From positions 39,606,388-39,670,387 of the forward strand of contig NC_092670.1 in NCBI RefSeq assembly GCF_964355755.1: a stretch of 64,000 bases of DNA, in the 5' to 3' direction. Positions 13,093-23,559 of the stretch are shown piece after piece. Below the pieces are notes generated by a model. The model did no database searches, was not told the DNA's origin, and saw only the letters and a program-made list of their open reading frames with translations. Each line of letters starts with the position of its first letter. Position 1 is the first letter of the stretch. Position numbers and translations under genes: made by a program. The DNA comes from Antedon mediterranea (Eukaryota; Animalia; Echinodermata).

Positions 13093-14102
13093 TAAGAAAC
13101 ATATAAACAATTATGTTAAGATAATTAAATGATGTATGTTCATTTTTTAATATGCTAATTTTTCAAAAATGTATGTGCAATTGTTGATGTCATGTACAGC
13201 ACAATATAGCCTAGTTGTGTTCATCATATAATAAAGAAGACATTGTGTCATTATTACTATAAATATTATTAATTAAGCAAAATAATAACCGCCTGCTGTA
13301 AATTATTCATACGGCATCATAATAATTATTAATTGAATATTTTACCAATATATCAGTCCCTGTCACCATATTCGTTATAATATTCCATATGTTACACAAA
13401 TCCATAATATTTAATTTTTATTAAACCGTCGTTTCTATTTGGTGCGAGGTTTCGTGACAAACGTATAAAAATTGCTGGAAGCAAGAAAGGTTTCCTACCT
13501 ACGATTCACGTAGTACACAAAACAAGTGCGCGTAAGCGTGGTTCCCACTAGTACGCGCAACGCAAGCGAGTTGACCATGACACACACAGCTGTTCCACAG
13601 ATAGAAATAAACCGAAGCGCTCCCAACGTTAGTGGAGTAGTTATATAAACAAACAAGCAATACCTATCGCACGTGTGGCAAGGAGAAGCAATCGTGCATA
13701 AAATTAGTAAACTTAAATAGCCAATGAGAACGTAATCAGAGAAGTAAATAATTGAAATCATGAATAAGAATAAGAAACAAAGCCTTATGACGCTGTGAGA
13801 TGTTTTTCACAATTAATCACATGGTTCTTCAAGGCGGGCATTTAATCATAAATTAACCCAATTTCGCACCTTATTTATGTAGCTGACGCGATTAGAAATG
13901 TAAGTAAATGTGTTTTTGTATATCTTTTTAAAACCTAATTTTCATAGAAAACCCTTAGTAATTAAATAAATCTCAAGACTATTTGGTTACCAATACATTT
14001 ATTGAGCAATACTATTGTAGCCAATGAACAAAAGGTGAAGAGACTTTAAATTCAATAGATATGCCTATATCAATATATACACTCCATACGCTAGCCTATA
14101 TT

Positions 14103-14261
14103 GAAAATATTCTTTTTTCCAAACCAATAATTAGTAAAAACTAACCTTGACAGTTTCGCTGTCCTGATCGGACAGCTTCTTCAGAAATAATGACGATCTA
14201 TCATCAAACAGACTGACTGACTGACTGACTGACTGACTGGTTTGGAAAAAAGAATATTTTC
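14103..14261 (-). mobile_element. Penelope-like element remnant (inverted partial pLTR)
   Basis: A 24-bp inverted repeat, GAAAATATTCTTTTTTCCAAACCA (14103-14126 / 14238-14261), encloses a hammerhead motif and (GACT)n. Confidence 0.55.
14149..14184 (-). ncRNA. Minimal hammerhead ribozyme motif (Penelope type)
   Basis: Minus strand CTGAAGA-A-GCTGTCC-GATCA-GGACAGC-GAAAC-T-GTC: conserved CUGANGA and GAAA core, perfect 7-bp stem II, GUC cleavage triplet and minimal stem III. Confidence 0.65.
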
Positions 14262-15126
14262 CTTGGGTATAGTGTATTAATAAAGCCTACAATATAAATT
14301 TAATACAGTAGGTAGCATATAGGCCTATAGACTGATGTACAGTAAATTCAACTAACCGAGTGATTAAAATAAAGAACAATATTGAGAAAGAAAATTTAAG
14401 ACATTATATAATACATAGATTGTTATTTTATAGTTTTTTCCTAAACTACTGTCTATTATTAATTAAACCTAGGCCCCTCCCCCATCCCCTTCAGGTAGTC
14501 GACACCTTAGAGTACGCTGACCCCGTGACCTACTTTTTACTGAATACGCCGCTGGTGAAGGCCTAGCTAGGTCAGTCACCGCGATGTCTTTGATAAACCC
14601 TATATCTACCGTGAAACACTAACTTATAAACCTGTGAATTACAGGATTTAGGAAAAAACGACATTTTATTTTAAAGATAATAAATCAGTTAAATACCTAT
14701 AGAACACTTACACTTTAAATAGAATATAAGAATAGCGGGGGATTTTCTGTATATGAGTTTCTTAGAGCGGTTATTTTTTTTTCGCTTCTGTGTTCGATCG
14801 TTCGTTAAGAAGCGCGCGCTAGGCTCTAAAATTCGACTATGTTTACATTATTATTGTGCGTATTTTCTTTTATTATTCCAATTGTAAGTTATATTCTGTG
14901 GAATTATGTAATATATTTTATTAAAAAATATAATAATAGTCGTGTTTAGCCTTATATTTAAGACATAATTGATGATCTATGAGCATGATACTACCGCTTC
15001 CACATCGATACATTTACGTAGCAAATCTAAAAATAAACAGACCAAATGACGTCATGAAAAGGCTCGCGCTAATAAAAACAATCAAACGCGCTGTAAGAAC
15101 TTTTCTTCCGTATTGAAACAGTGGTG

Positions 15127-15218
15127 GGTACGTTTGAGTTCCGGTTGATATACAGGTATGTACTTTCGAAGGAAACGTCTGTTACGCAACGTGATCCTAC
15201 CAGAACCATCAACCCTTA
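15127..15218 (-). pseudogene. C-terminal integrase fragment of Gypsy element B, split off by insertion of Gypsy A
   Basis: Translates RVDGSGRITLRNRRFLRKYIPVYQPELKRT, the direct continuation of ...EVRQFDQYVV, which ends at ~20183. Confidence 0.9.
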
Positions 15219-15358
15219 TTGGAACGTCAAGTACGTTTGGGACACTTGAGAAGTCGACTCATTATTATCATATAAAGACTATTATAATGGTGAGTATTTT
15301 ACGTTGTAGTCTTTTATCGTAGTTAAGGAACTAAACCAAGAGACTAGCAATCTCTTTA
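15219..15358 (+). repeat. 5' LTR of Gypsy A (5'-truncated, with a ~33-bp internal deletion)
   Basis: TTGGAACGTCAAGTACG...GCAATCTCTTTA matches 20010-20182. Confidence 0.9.
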
Positions 15359-15359
15359 T

Positions 15360-15372
15360 TGGCGACGAGGAT
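15360..15372 (+). promoter_or_regulatory. Primer binding site complementary to the 3' end of tRNA-Ser(GCT)
   Basis: TGGCGACGAGGAT, 1 nt after the LTR, is the reverse complement of the metazoan tRNA-Ser(GCT) 3' end ATCCTCGTCGCCA. Confidence 0.85.
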
Positions 15373-16747
15373 TAAAATTAAACGCGATATTTTTCTGGCG
15401 AAATATGACGCCGAAAATACGCGAATCTGGACGTGCGTTGTTTATATTTACATTCAATGTATCGGCCCTCGCCAATTCATCACCGTCTCGAGGATAAGAA
15501 CGTGAATGTTTCTTATAAGTTCATGTTCTCTCCGAGAGTTGGGGATGAATAGTAGATTAGGATTTATTATTTTTATTTTTTATATTTAATATTCGACGAA
15601 TGAACGATTGGCCTATACTAGATGAAACTGTAGTATAAGAATATTATTATTCATGCTCGTGACATGAATTTCATGCTCGTGACATGAATGTTCACGCTCG
15701 TGACGTGAATGGGTTTTGTATGTTAACCCGCTGGACTCGTGATTCCAGAACGAAACGACATGGCCCGTGTTTCATGTCCGATTTCGGAAAATATACGATT
15801 AGGTTAGGCTAGGAAGTATTAGTTATCATATTAGTGGGCCAGTTGTTTACGTCGTTCCTTCACTGGAAGTCGGCAGTAGTGTTGGAAGAATTTATTTATT
15901 TATTTTATTAGTTTATCAGGAACCGCAAAAATAAATAAAAACTTTGCCTTTTTTGAAAAAAAATTTTTTTTTTTTTCATTAGAGGGAAGATGGTTGAGAA
16001 TGTATTTAAGGTATACTGGTCAATTGTATTAGGGTAGGCCTAGGCCTAGATCCTCCGAGTCTTGGGCGATAGTTTTTCGATATTGTTTCAGATCTCATCC
16101 AGGTCTTATTCCATTCGAACAAACTGCCGCGCAGTTCTTGGGCATCATACGATTGGCTAGGCTACAGCAACCAATCAGATCATTGCATTCGCATACTCGC
16201 TACCTGAGAGGGTCGTGCAGCGCCGAGCTGTGCATTATCCAGGGGAATGAAAATGCAAGCGATGATGACGCGGTTACGTGCGTACTCTGATTGGTTGAGC
16301 AATGAAAGAATTCTATGTACTAATAGTTTCTGATTGGCTATTTACTTTACGGAAACATCCTATTTTTAGAATATTATTTTTAGGATGTGTGGATGTGAGT
16401 TTTAGTTATACGCACGCCGGTACGCTGGCGAATGCTCAGAATTCTATTATTACGCGATTATTTACTGTTGGTTTGTAGTTGTTTTAGGTATCAATGAAGT
16501 GGACGTTTATTATGATTATGTCTTGTATGTCTTTTCCTTTAATAAATTATTTTTCTGTGTGGTGTCAATTATTATTTATATTTTCGTATCATATAAAAAA
16601 AAAAAACAGTTGTATTGTATGTTACTATCTTTCTAAATAATTTGTCTACTTTACTCATTGGTTGCCTGAAATTAATTATGATTCTGATAGTAAAATTAAT
16701 TAATTCGAGACTCAGTATTTTGAACGAGTACCCTTGTTCATTTGCAG

Positions 16748-17509
16748 ATGTCTACTGAAAGAAACCAAGAAGAGGCGAAGTTCAAAATAAACTTTGCCCA
16801 GCACGAAAATGATTTCCCAATTGGATTTTCCTCTCGGGCTATAAAAAATGTTTTCGAATATCGAGAGACCGAAGGAAATATCCGTTGTTGGGAAGAGTTG
16901 TTGCAAGCGATCGGAGACGCAACATTAGTTGCGGATCTAGACAGCTATGGCATTAGCTACGTGCTAAATTCGGTGTTTGTTCATAACGAAAAAAGCACTG
17001 ACTCTGTTAAAAAGAGTAATGCGCCGACATCGGCGAAAATCATAAATGGCAGTGCTGACGAGGTCTTTGAAGGGCCAGATCTTGAGGTTAATCCTAATAA
17101 TCAGGTGACTTCAAAGAATGCGTCAGTTAGTTTTAACGGGGAGGAGGAGCAGTCAATTCGAGCTACTCCTAACGTTAATTCTGTGTCAAACGTAACCACG
17201 GATAGGCGGTTTAATTCCTATTCTAACTACGGTACTCCTAACGGGGATATTCGTAATCGCGACTCTCATTATCCAGACGATGGCATGCGTTTCGATGAAC
17301 GAGCTGGCGGCGAGTCCAATAGGTTTGCGCCTATGGAACGCGGTCGAGTTCCTTGGCGATCGATAGATCGTCAAGGGGACGCAAGAGATCGAGAGTCCGA
17401 ACGACGGTATCCTAATCAGGGTCGTAGAATGGGAATGTCGCCACGGGGGTACATCGACGGTAATCGCTATAAACGCTACCCGGACGATGTCGGTCAAGTA
17501 AACTGTTGA
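16748..17509 (+). CDS. Gag-like ORF (N-terminal part) with a ComEA-type helix-hairpin-helix domain, truncated by the internal deletion
   Basis: KINFAQ..PIGFSSRAIKNVFEYRETEGNIRCWEELLQAIGDATL resembles HhH_3/ComEA (INTAS..LPGIG..A..IIEYRE..G.F...EELL). An R/D/N-rich low-complexity stretch follows. The ATG directly follows TTTGCAG. Confidence 0.65.
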   Translation: MSTERNQEEAKFKINFAQHENDFPIGFSSRAIKNVFEYRETEGNIRCWEELLQAIGDATLVADLDSYGISYVLNSVFVHNEKSTDSVKKSNAPTSAKIINGSADEVFEGPDLEVNPNNQVTSKNASVSFNGEEEQSIRATPNVNSVSNVTTDRRFNSYSNYGTPNGDIRNRDSHYPDDGMRFDERAGGESNRFAPMERGRVPWRSIDRQGDARDRESERRYPNQGRRMGMSPRGYIDGNRYKRYPDDVGQVNC

Positions 17510-18336
17510 AAATAAAGAAAACTCACACGACCCCTTATCGGCCTTCATCTAATGGGCAGGTAGAACGCTATAACCTGACCGTAATGAATGCTGTACGGTG
17601 TTTCGTCGGAAAACAGCAAAAAGACTGGGACAGATTCTTACCTCAGATAACTAGTGCTGTGAGATCGACGGTTTGTCGTAGTACAAACATGACACCTAAT
17701 ATGATGATGCTAGGCAGGGAAGTCTTAACACCCCCTGATCTAGTGTTTGGCGAAGCAATAGTGAGTAAAGATTCTCTGACTCACGCCCAGTATGCTATTC
17801 GGTTGGCGGAGAATATGAAACTCGCCCACCGTTTAGCAAGGACACATCTCAAAGCAATGCAACGCCACAATAAACGGCAATACGATCTTAAGCTACTCGA
17901 ACGTACTTATATGGCAGGCGATAAGGTTTACGTTCTTGATCAAACTACGATCAAGGGAAAGAACAAAACATTGTGCGCCCCATGGAAAGGACCAGGTGTC
18001 ATTACTGAGGTGCTGGCTCCGTATGCTTTCCGTGTACGTTTGAAAAATAAAGTATTTGTGATCCATCACGACAAATTGAAGCTTTGCCGTGATCGTACGT
18101 TGCCCAACTGGATAATTAAGTTTGACCAAACTGGTACCGCCACGGTAAACAATGGTGCAGATGGGGGTGATGATAACCTCTACTGTATCTGCCGAAAAAC
18201 GTGGGGGGGGGGGGGGGGACGGTTCATGATCGAATGTGATTATTGTGGTGAGTGGTATCATGGCGCATGTGTCAATATCACTCCGGCGGAGGCGATTGAT
18301 ATCGATCGTTTCAAATGCGCCAATTGTAGGCTTTAG
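17499..18336 (+). CDS. Gypsy integrase C-terminal half with GPY/F-SH3 module and C-terminal PHD finger (5' part deleted)
   Basis: KTHTTPYRPSSNGQVERYN (catalytic E), WDRFLPQI..A.RS, TPNMMMLGRE, APWKGPG, VIHHDKLK, then PHD YCIC...MIECDYCGEWYHGACV...FKCANC. Confidence 0.9.
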
Positions 18337-18416
18337 ATTAACTAACTCAAGCATTTCGAGGTATTCCTTGTCCTAGTACTATACTAACCTGTGCTTTGCC
18401 TCTTAATGTTTTACAG

Positions 18417-19645
18417 ATGGATAACTGCACTACTTCCGATCATGTAACGGTGGAGGAGGAACTGTTCCTACTTCAGGTGGAAGACTTCCCGCCGTTGGGC
18501 AAACCAACTGCGACACGGAAGTCTCCACCTTCACCTACTGGATTGGAAGAAGATGATGTGGCGATGGAGGTCGGGGACCTAGATCCGCCAGTAGTTGAGG
18601 GCAGAGAGACGCCAGAGGTCTTGGCAGGATCGCCGGAGAGGCCAAAGTCCCCCTCCATTTTTCGTAAAGAGTTGCTTCCCGCCGCGCCAGCCGTGAAGGT
18701 ATGGCGAACTCCGGGAAGTAAGGAGTCGGACTTTGCGTGCCGAGACGTCCGTCTCGTTGGTACGGCGACCAGTGCTGTTCCACCTAGTGCTGGGGCGGTA
18801 CCAAAAGTTAAATCTCAGGGAAGGGCCGACAAACAGTCGAAAGACAACAAAAGACCTCATCCTGAAGGCGGTCAGAGGGAATCGGGTAAGCGGTCACGTC
18901 GGGCATTCCTGTGTCCAGTGGCAGGATGTGGCCGGGTGCCCGAAAACCCAAAACAACACCTGACGCACCACATACCGCCATTCATGACGGAAACATCGCC
19001 GGAGGTATCGTCGACCACCTCATCTCGGCGCTGGAGTTTCATCCAGGAGTTAGTGAAACTCGTTCCGGAGTGCGGCGGGAGTGTCACCAAGGCGGTAGCA
19101 CTTTTCAACGCCGAGGGGAGAATCCAGCCTGGATTCTTCTTCACCAAATCTCTAAGGAAGATGATGGAGTCGATGGGCGAGGCGGCGGGGCTCGAGATGC
19201 CCGAGTCGAACACTCTATCGCCGTTAGTGTCACCGCTGGGTCTGCTCCACACTCGGTGTCTCCTTTTCCTGGTGGCGAGAGCCACTAGGGATAATAAGGG
19301 GGCATTTGTGGAGCTGTGCCAGAGGTATGGTAGGCCTACCTCGGCGGAGCCCAGACGCCGTCGATTTCCTAAGCCAACTGGACCACTACGTCAACGGACC
19401 GGACCATCATCACGCCAAGCACGGTGGCAACCGAACGTGGAAAACAACATCCATTCACCCACGCCACTGTTATGCCAGTTAAGGCGGGCCGACAGAGTTG
19501 CTCTGCGGTCGGCATTCAATGCCAATCGGGAGGTGGTGGAGCGTTTGGCTCAGCCGGGAAGTGGCCAGCTGAGGGCAGCGGCGGTTAGGATGTTGGAGGG
19601 ATTCTTGGAAAACCTCCACTTCCACGCCCAGTTTGCCTATGAATA

Positions 19646-19646
<1 letters not shown>
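18417..19646 (+). CDS. Gypsy A ORF3, 409-aa protein of unknown function with one C2H2-type zinc finger (not Env)
   Basis: Intact GC-rich ORF between integrase and PPT. It has an acidic/Pro-rich N-terminus, basic NLS-like patches and CPVAGC-x8-HLTHH, with no signal peptide or clear TM helix. It is preceded by TACTAAC, a pyrimidine tract and TTTTACAG|ATG. Confidence 0.75.
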
Positions 19647-19685
<39 letters not shown>

Positions 19686-19921
19686 AAGACCAAATTAATG
19701 AAAATTTATTTAAATTAATTTTAAAATTAATTCCAATTAGTTCATTTTTTTTAACAAAATTCTTATCGGGTTCTTGGTAGTTTCTTTTTCTGGAATTCTA
19801 TGTATGTATGTTGTGTTATTGTTGTGTTTAAAAAAAAAAAAAAAGAAGAAAAATGAAGTGGAAGAAAAGAAAGAAAGAGCAAGTACGTGTGTAGAAGAAC
19901 AAGAGGGAAGACAAAAGAAAT

Positions 19922-20182
19922 AAAACAAGGAGGAATGTAGTGCCGCTACACAGATGCTTAAGCGGAGCGCGTCGTTCTAAACACCTGGACGCGCTCCGCC
20001 GTGCGTATCTTGGAACGTCAAGTACGTTTGGGACACTTGAGAAGTCGACGACGGAAACTAAACCTATATTATTACTACTCACTCATTATTATCATACAAA
20101 GACTATTATAATGGTGAGTATTTTACGTTGTAGTCTTTTATCGTAGTTAAGGAACTAAACCAAGAGACTAGCAATCTCTTTA
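19922..20182 (+). repeat. Polypurine tract (19922-19935) and 3' LTR (19936-20182) of Gypsy A
   Basis: AAAACAAGGAGGAA is immediately followed by TGTAGTG. The distal part matches the 5' LTR up to ...CTCTTTA. Confidence 0.88.
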
Positions 20183-23100
20183 CCACATATTGGTCGAATT
20201 GGCGTACTTCGACGACTGTTCCTGTCTTGTCCCATTTAGTTGGATGTGGGCCAGTTTGGTTTTGGACTCGTACCAAATCACCCACAATTAAGGGTGGAAG
20301 ACGGCGAGTGTGTTGCGTCCAGTACTTTGCAGAATGCATGTGGCGATTCCGAAGTGCCATTTCACGGTCTTCTAAGTGCTCTGCCATGTCGGATGCGGCA
20401 AGTATTTGCTTTCAAGAATTGGTATCAGATCCTTAATCGGACGTCCAAAGACACATATAGCGGGAGATGTTTTGGTTATTGGATCCGGTGTGTTCCTGTA
20501 CTGAAGAATTGCCTGTTGAAATCCATTAGTGTCCAGTTCACCATGGGGGCCTGTGTTATTGGTTATCAAGCGCTTGGCTGTTTTCACTCCTACCTCTGCT
20601 CTACAATTAGATTGCGGGAAAGCAACTGATGATAGGCGGTGATGAATGCCCCACGACTTCAGGAATTCCTGAGTATTTCCTGATGTGAATTCAGGTCCTC
20701 CGTCTGAAGATAGTTCATCACAGATACCGAAGGTCATAAACACCCGACGGAGCGTGGCTATGAGTCCTTGTGCCCCTTCAGATGCTTTTTCGATTATTGG
20801 CCAGTTTGAATATCTATCGACGATGACTAGGTAGCTATTCCCCTTGTGGTGAAAAAAATCTGCAAACAAGCACTGAAATGGGTACCGTGGATACATTGGC
20901 GGATAAGGTGGTGCTGCAGGCTGAGACGGTGTCATCCTGTTGCAGTCATTACATCTCTCTCTATAAGCCTGAATTTCCTTTGTAATACCGGGCCAAAAAA
21001 TTGATGCTTCAGCTCGTGCGATCATTGACGAAACTCCCTGATGTGCAGCATGTAGCGATTTTAGGACATCTTGCCGTAATCGAGGTGGCACAACTATGCG
21101 GTCTTTATATAGTATGACACCATCGATGGAACTCAAGTCCTCACGGATCGAAAAGTATTCACGGAGCATACCAGGCAGTTCATGGCGTGAGTGAGGCATA
21201 CCCAACTCAATTATAGTGAGCAGATTGGCCATGTTGTCGTCGCTATTTGTCTCCAGCTTGACTTTATCCCACGTAATACATTGTAGATCGTCCAACGCCA
21301 TAGAGCTGAAGGTAAGTAACTGTTGATCGACACTCTCACTGGTTGAGTCAACATCGTCGGTCCGAAGGCAGAATACTGGTGAGGTAGTCTCCATGTTGTT
21401 GAGGTTGGTTATACTGGCCTCGTCCGTAAGCACTGGTGTAAGAACATTCTTAGGGCCACATGGGTGTCGAGAGATTGCGTCAGCAGCTCGGTGACGTGCT
21501 CCGGGGATATGAATCATTCGAAATCTGTACCGGAGTGTCTTCTCTTTTAGGTTTCGTAGACATCCATTTGGAATGTCCTCCAATGATCTGTCACCAAACA
21601 TTTTTAATAGAGGCTTATGATCAACTGCAATAGTGAGATCATTAAAGCCTAGGACAAAATAGCGTGCTTTCTCTCAAGTGCATATGTGACAGCCAACGCT
21701 TCACCTTCAACTGGAGCATATCGTGATTCGGCTGAGCTTGTAAATCGACTACCAACTAGCGTGATCTTCCAACCTGTACTGCAGCAGAATGGTATGGTAG
21801 ATGGACATTCGCAATGCTTCTGAAGCAGCCAGAATCCGATACCCGTCTTGGACCAATCTGTAGCAAGACATGTAGGTCGCATATTGTTGAATATTCTAAC
21901 ACCTTCCTCGATCTCACTGACTATAATGAGTTTGGATTCTTCAAATATATGTTGTAGGTTATTGTTCCATTCAAATGGTGTCCCAGGTTTCAACAGTTGT
22001 CGAAACGGTATCATTCGATCAGCTACAGAAAAAGCATAGGCAACTTGATTTACCAAACCAAACCAAGATCGTATGTCAGATATATTCTTCGGTATAGGAA
22101 ATTCCATTATCGCATCCAAGTATTTTTTACATGGACGGACAGATGTTGGTGATATCTGAAATCCGGCAAATTCTACTGTATCTTGTCCAAATGTGAACTT
22201 GGATGGGTTCAGTGTTATACCGTTTTTACCGCAAACATCTAGCCATTTCGCTGCATGGAAGAAGCTGTGTTCCAAATTATCTGACCATAGGATGGCATCA
22301 TCGACACACTTTGTTTTATCCGGAATGTCAGACACAATTTCATCGTACCTTTGTGTATAACCATCACCTGAAGCTATGTAACCTTGTGGTGCGACGCAGT
22401 AGCGACACCTTCCCCATGGAGTGATGAAAGTTGTAAAGTGTCGATCTTCCTGCAGTATGGGGATGCTGTGGTAGCCATTCCATGCGTCAAATACAGTTTT
22501 CTTTTTATTTGCAGGCACTAAGCGTGCTTGTTGAAACGGTGACTGTGTATGGTGGGTCTCTCGTGTAGCATGTGTATTCAATGACTGTAAATCAACTGTG
22601 CGTCTTGGCTTACAATTCTTCTTAGCGCATATGACCATACGATGACACCAAGTGACTGGTTCACCAACTGGAACAGGTTCAATAACCCCAAGTCGGACGT
22701 CTTGATCTATGCCAGCCTTAACCGCTTCTCGCCAGTGGAGAGGAACTGGGACTGGAGTGTGATGTGCCACAGGTTTGGCCTCGGGATCAATCATCAACTT
22801 CATAGGCTTAACCTTCATAAGAGGCAGTGGTTGGTGTTCGCAGACATTGAAGGTGCTTGATGCATAATACTCTAACAGAAAGTTTTCAAGCCTTTGTCTA
22901 TTCCCGTCTGTAGCCTCACAGGGCAGTTTGTTTGGCATAGGTGGTGGTGCTTTTCTGAGTGGACACTTGCACGTGATAGTCTCAAGTTCCTGGGCGGAGA
23001 GGGTTGTCGTAATCGGCACCGACCTAGACGTTTCACCTATCATTGGGAGACTATACCGAGTGCTATACATGTCGCACGACTAAGGAATATTTTTTCTGAG

Positions 23101-23500
23101 CTTTCGGTGATATACGTAACTTGTCTAGTTGTGACAGTCTTACCAAGTTTGTCCACACCACTATATCCAAGGATGGCGGCACCAAGTATCGTGATTCCAC
23201 CCTTATTTGCAGCTTTCATTTTCATCGAGACTGGTAGGAGCTGAGTTACTTTCATCTGCAGCCGACGTAAAATATCAGTACCAGCTAAGCAACTTTGACA
23301 ACCAGTATCAGCCATGACCAAGGCTTCAATTTTTGGAGTACTTTGTGCGAGGTTATACCCCAGTGCTTGATAGTCCTCTGGTAAGGCTTGTACCATAAAT
23401 GTGGTGAATGGATGTGGTCCTGCTTTCTTTCGAATCCAAGTGTCATTCAAGCCATCATATATGTGATGGTCAAGAGCAAGAGGCCGAGCAACGACCATAT
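20183..23500 (-). pseudogene. Gypsy B pol: aspartic protease, reverse transcriptase, RNase H, integrase (frameshifted)
   Basis: Protease MADTGCQSCL. RT FDAWNGYH, APQG, KCVDDA. RNase H TDWSKTGIGF, YAPVEGEALA. Integrase H..HQG...[24 protein letters not shown]. Confidence 0.93.
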
Positions 23501-23559
23501 CTGCATGAAATGTTGTACACAACGCTGTGGTACTGTTAGCATCACCTTTCCTTGACGAA

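Larger units (their letters stand above)
15219..20182 (+). mobile_element. Gypsy LTR retrotransposon A, internally deleted (lacks PR/RT/RH), three-ORF layout
   Basis: Truncated 5' LTR (15219-15358), PBS, long leader, Gag N-part joined to integrase C-part, ORF3, A-rich 3' UTR, PPT and full 3' LTR (19936-20182). Confidence 0.9.

Noticed and set aside
18175-18336. PHD finger convergent with the RAG1-like gene, suggesting a RAG2L/ProtoRAG pair
   Set aside because: The PHD is in frame with a Gypsy integrase inside an LTR-bounded element. No kelch repeats are visible anywhere nearby.
19650-19682. Poly(A) after ORF3 as evidence of a captured processed host mRNA
   Set aside because: There is no upstream AATAAA or TSD. 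A-runs are common in Gypsy 3' UTRs, and the PPT and LTR follow normally. Capture cannot be fully excluded.
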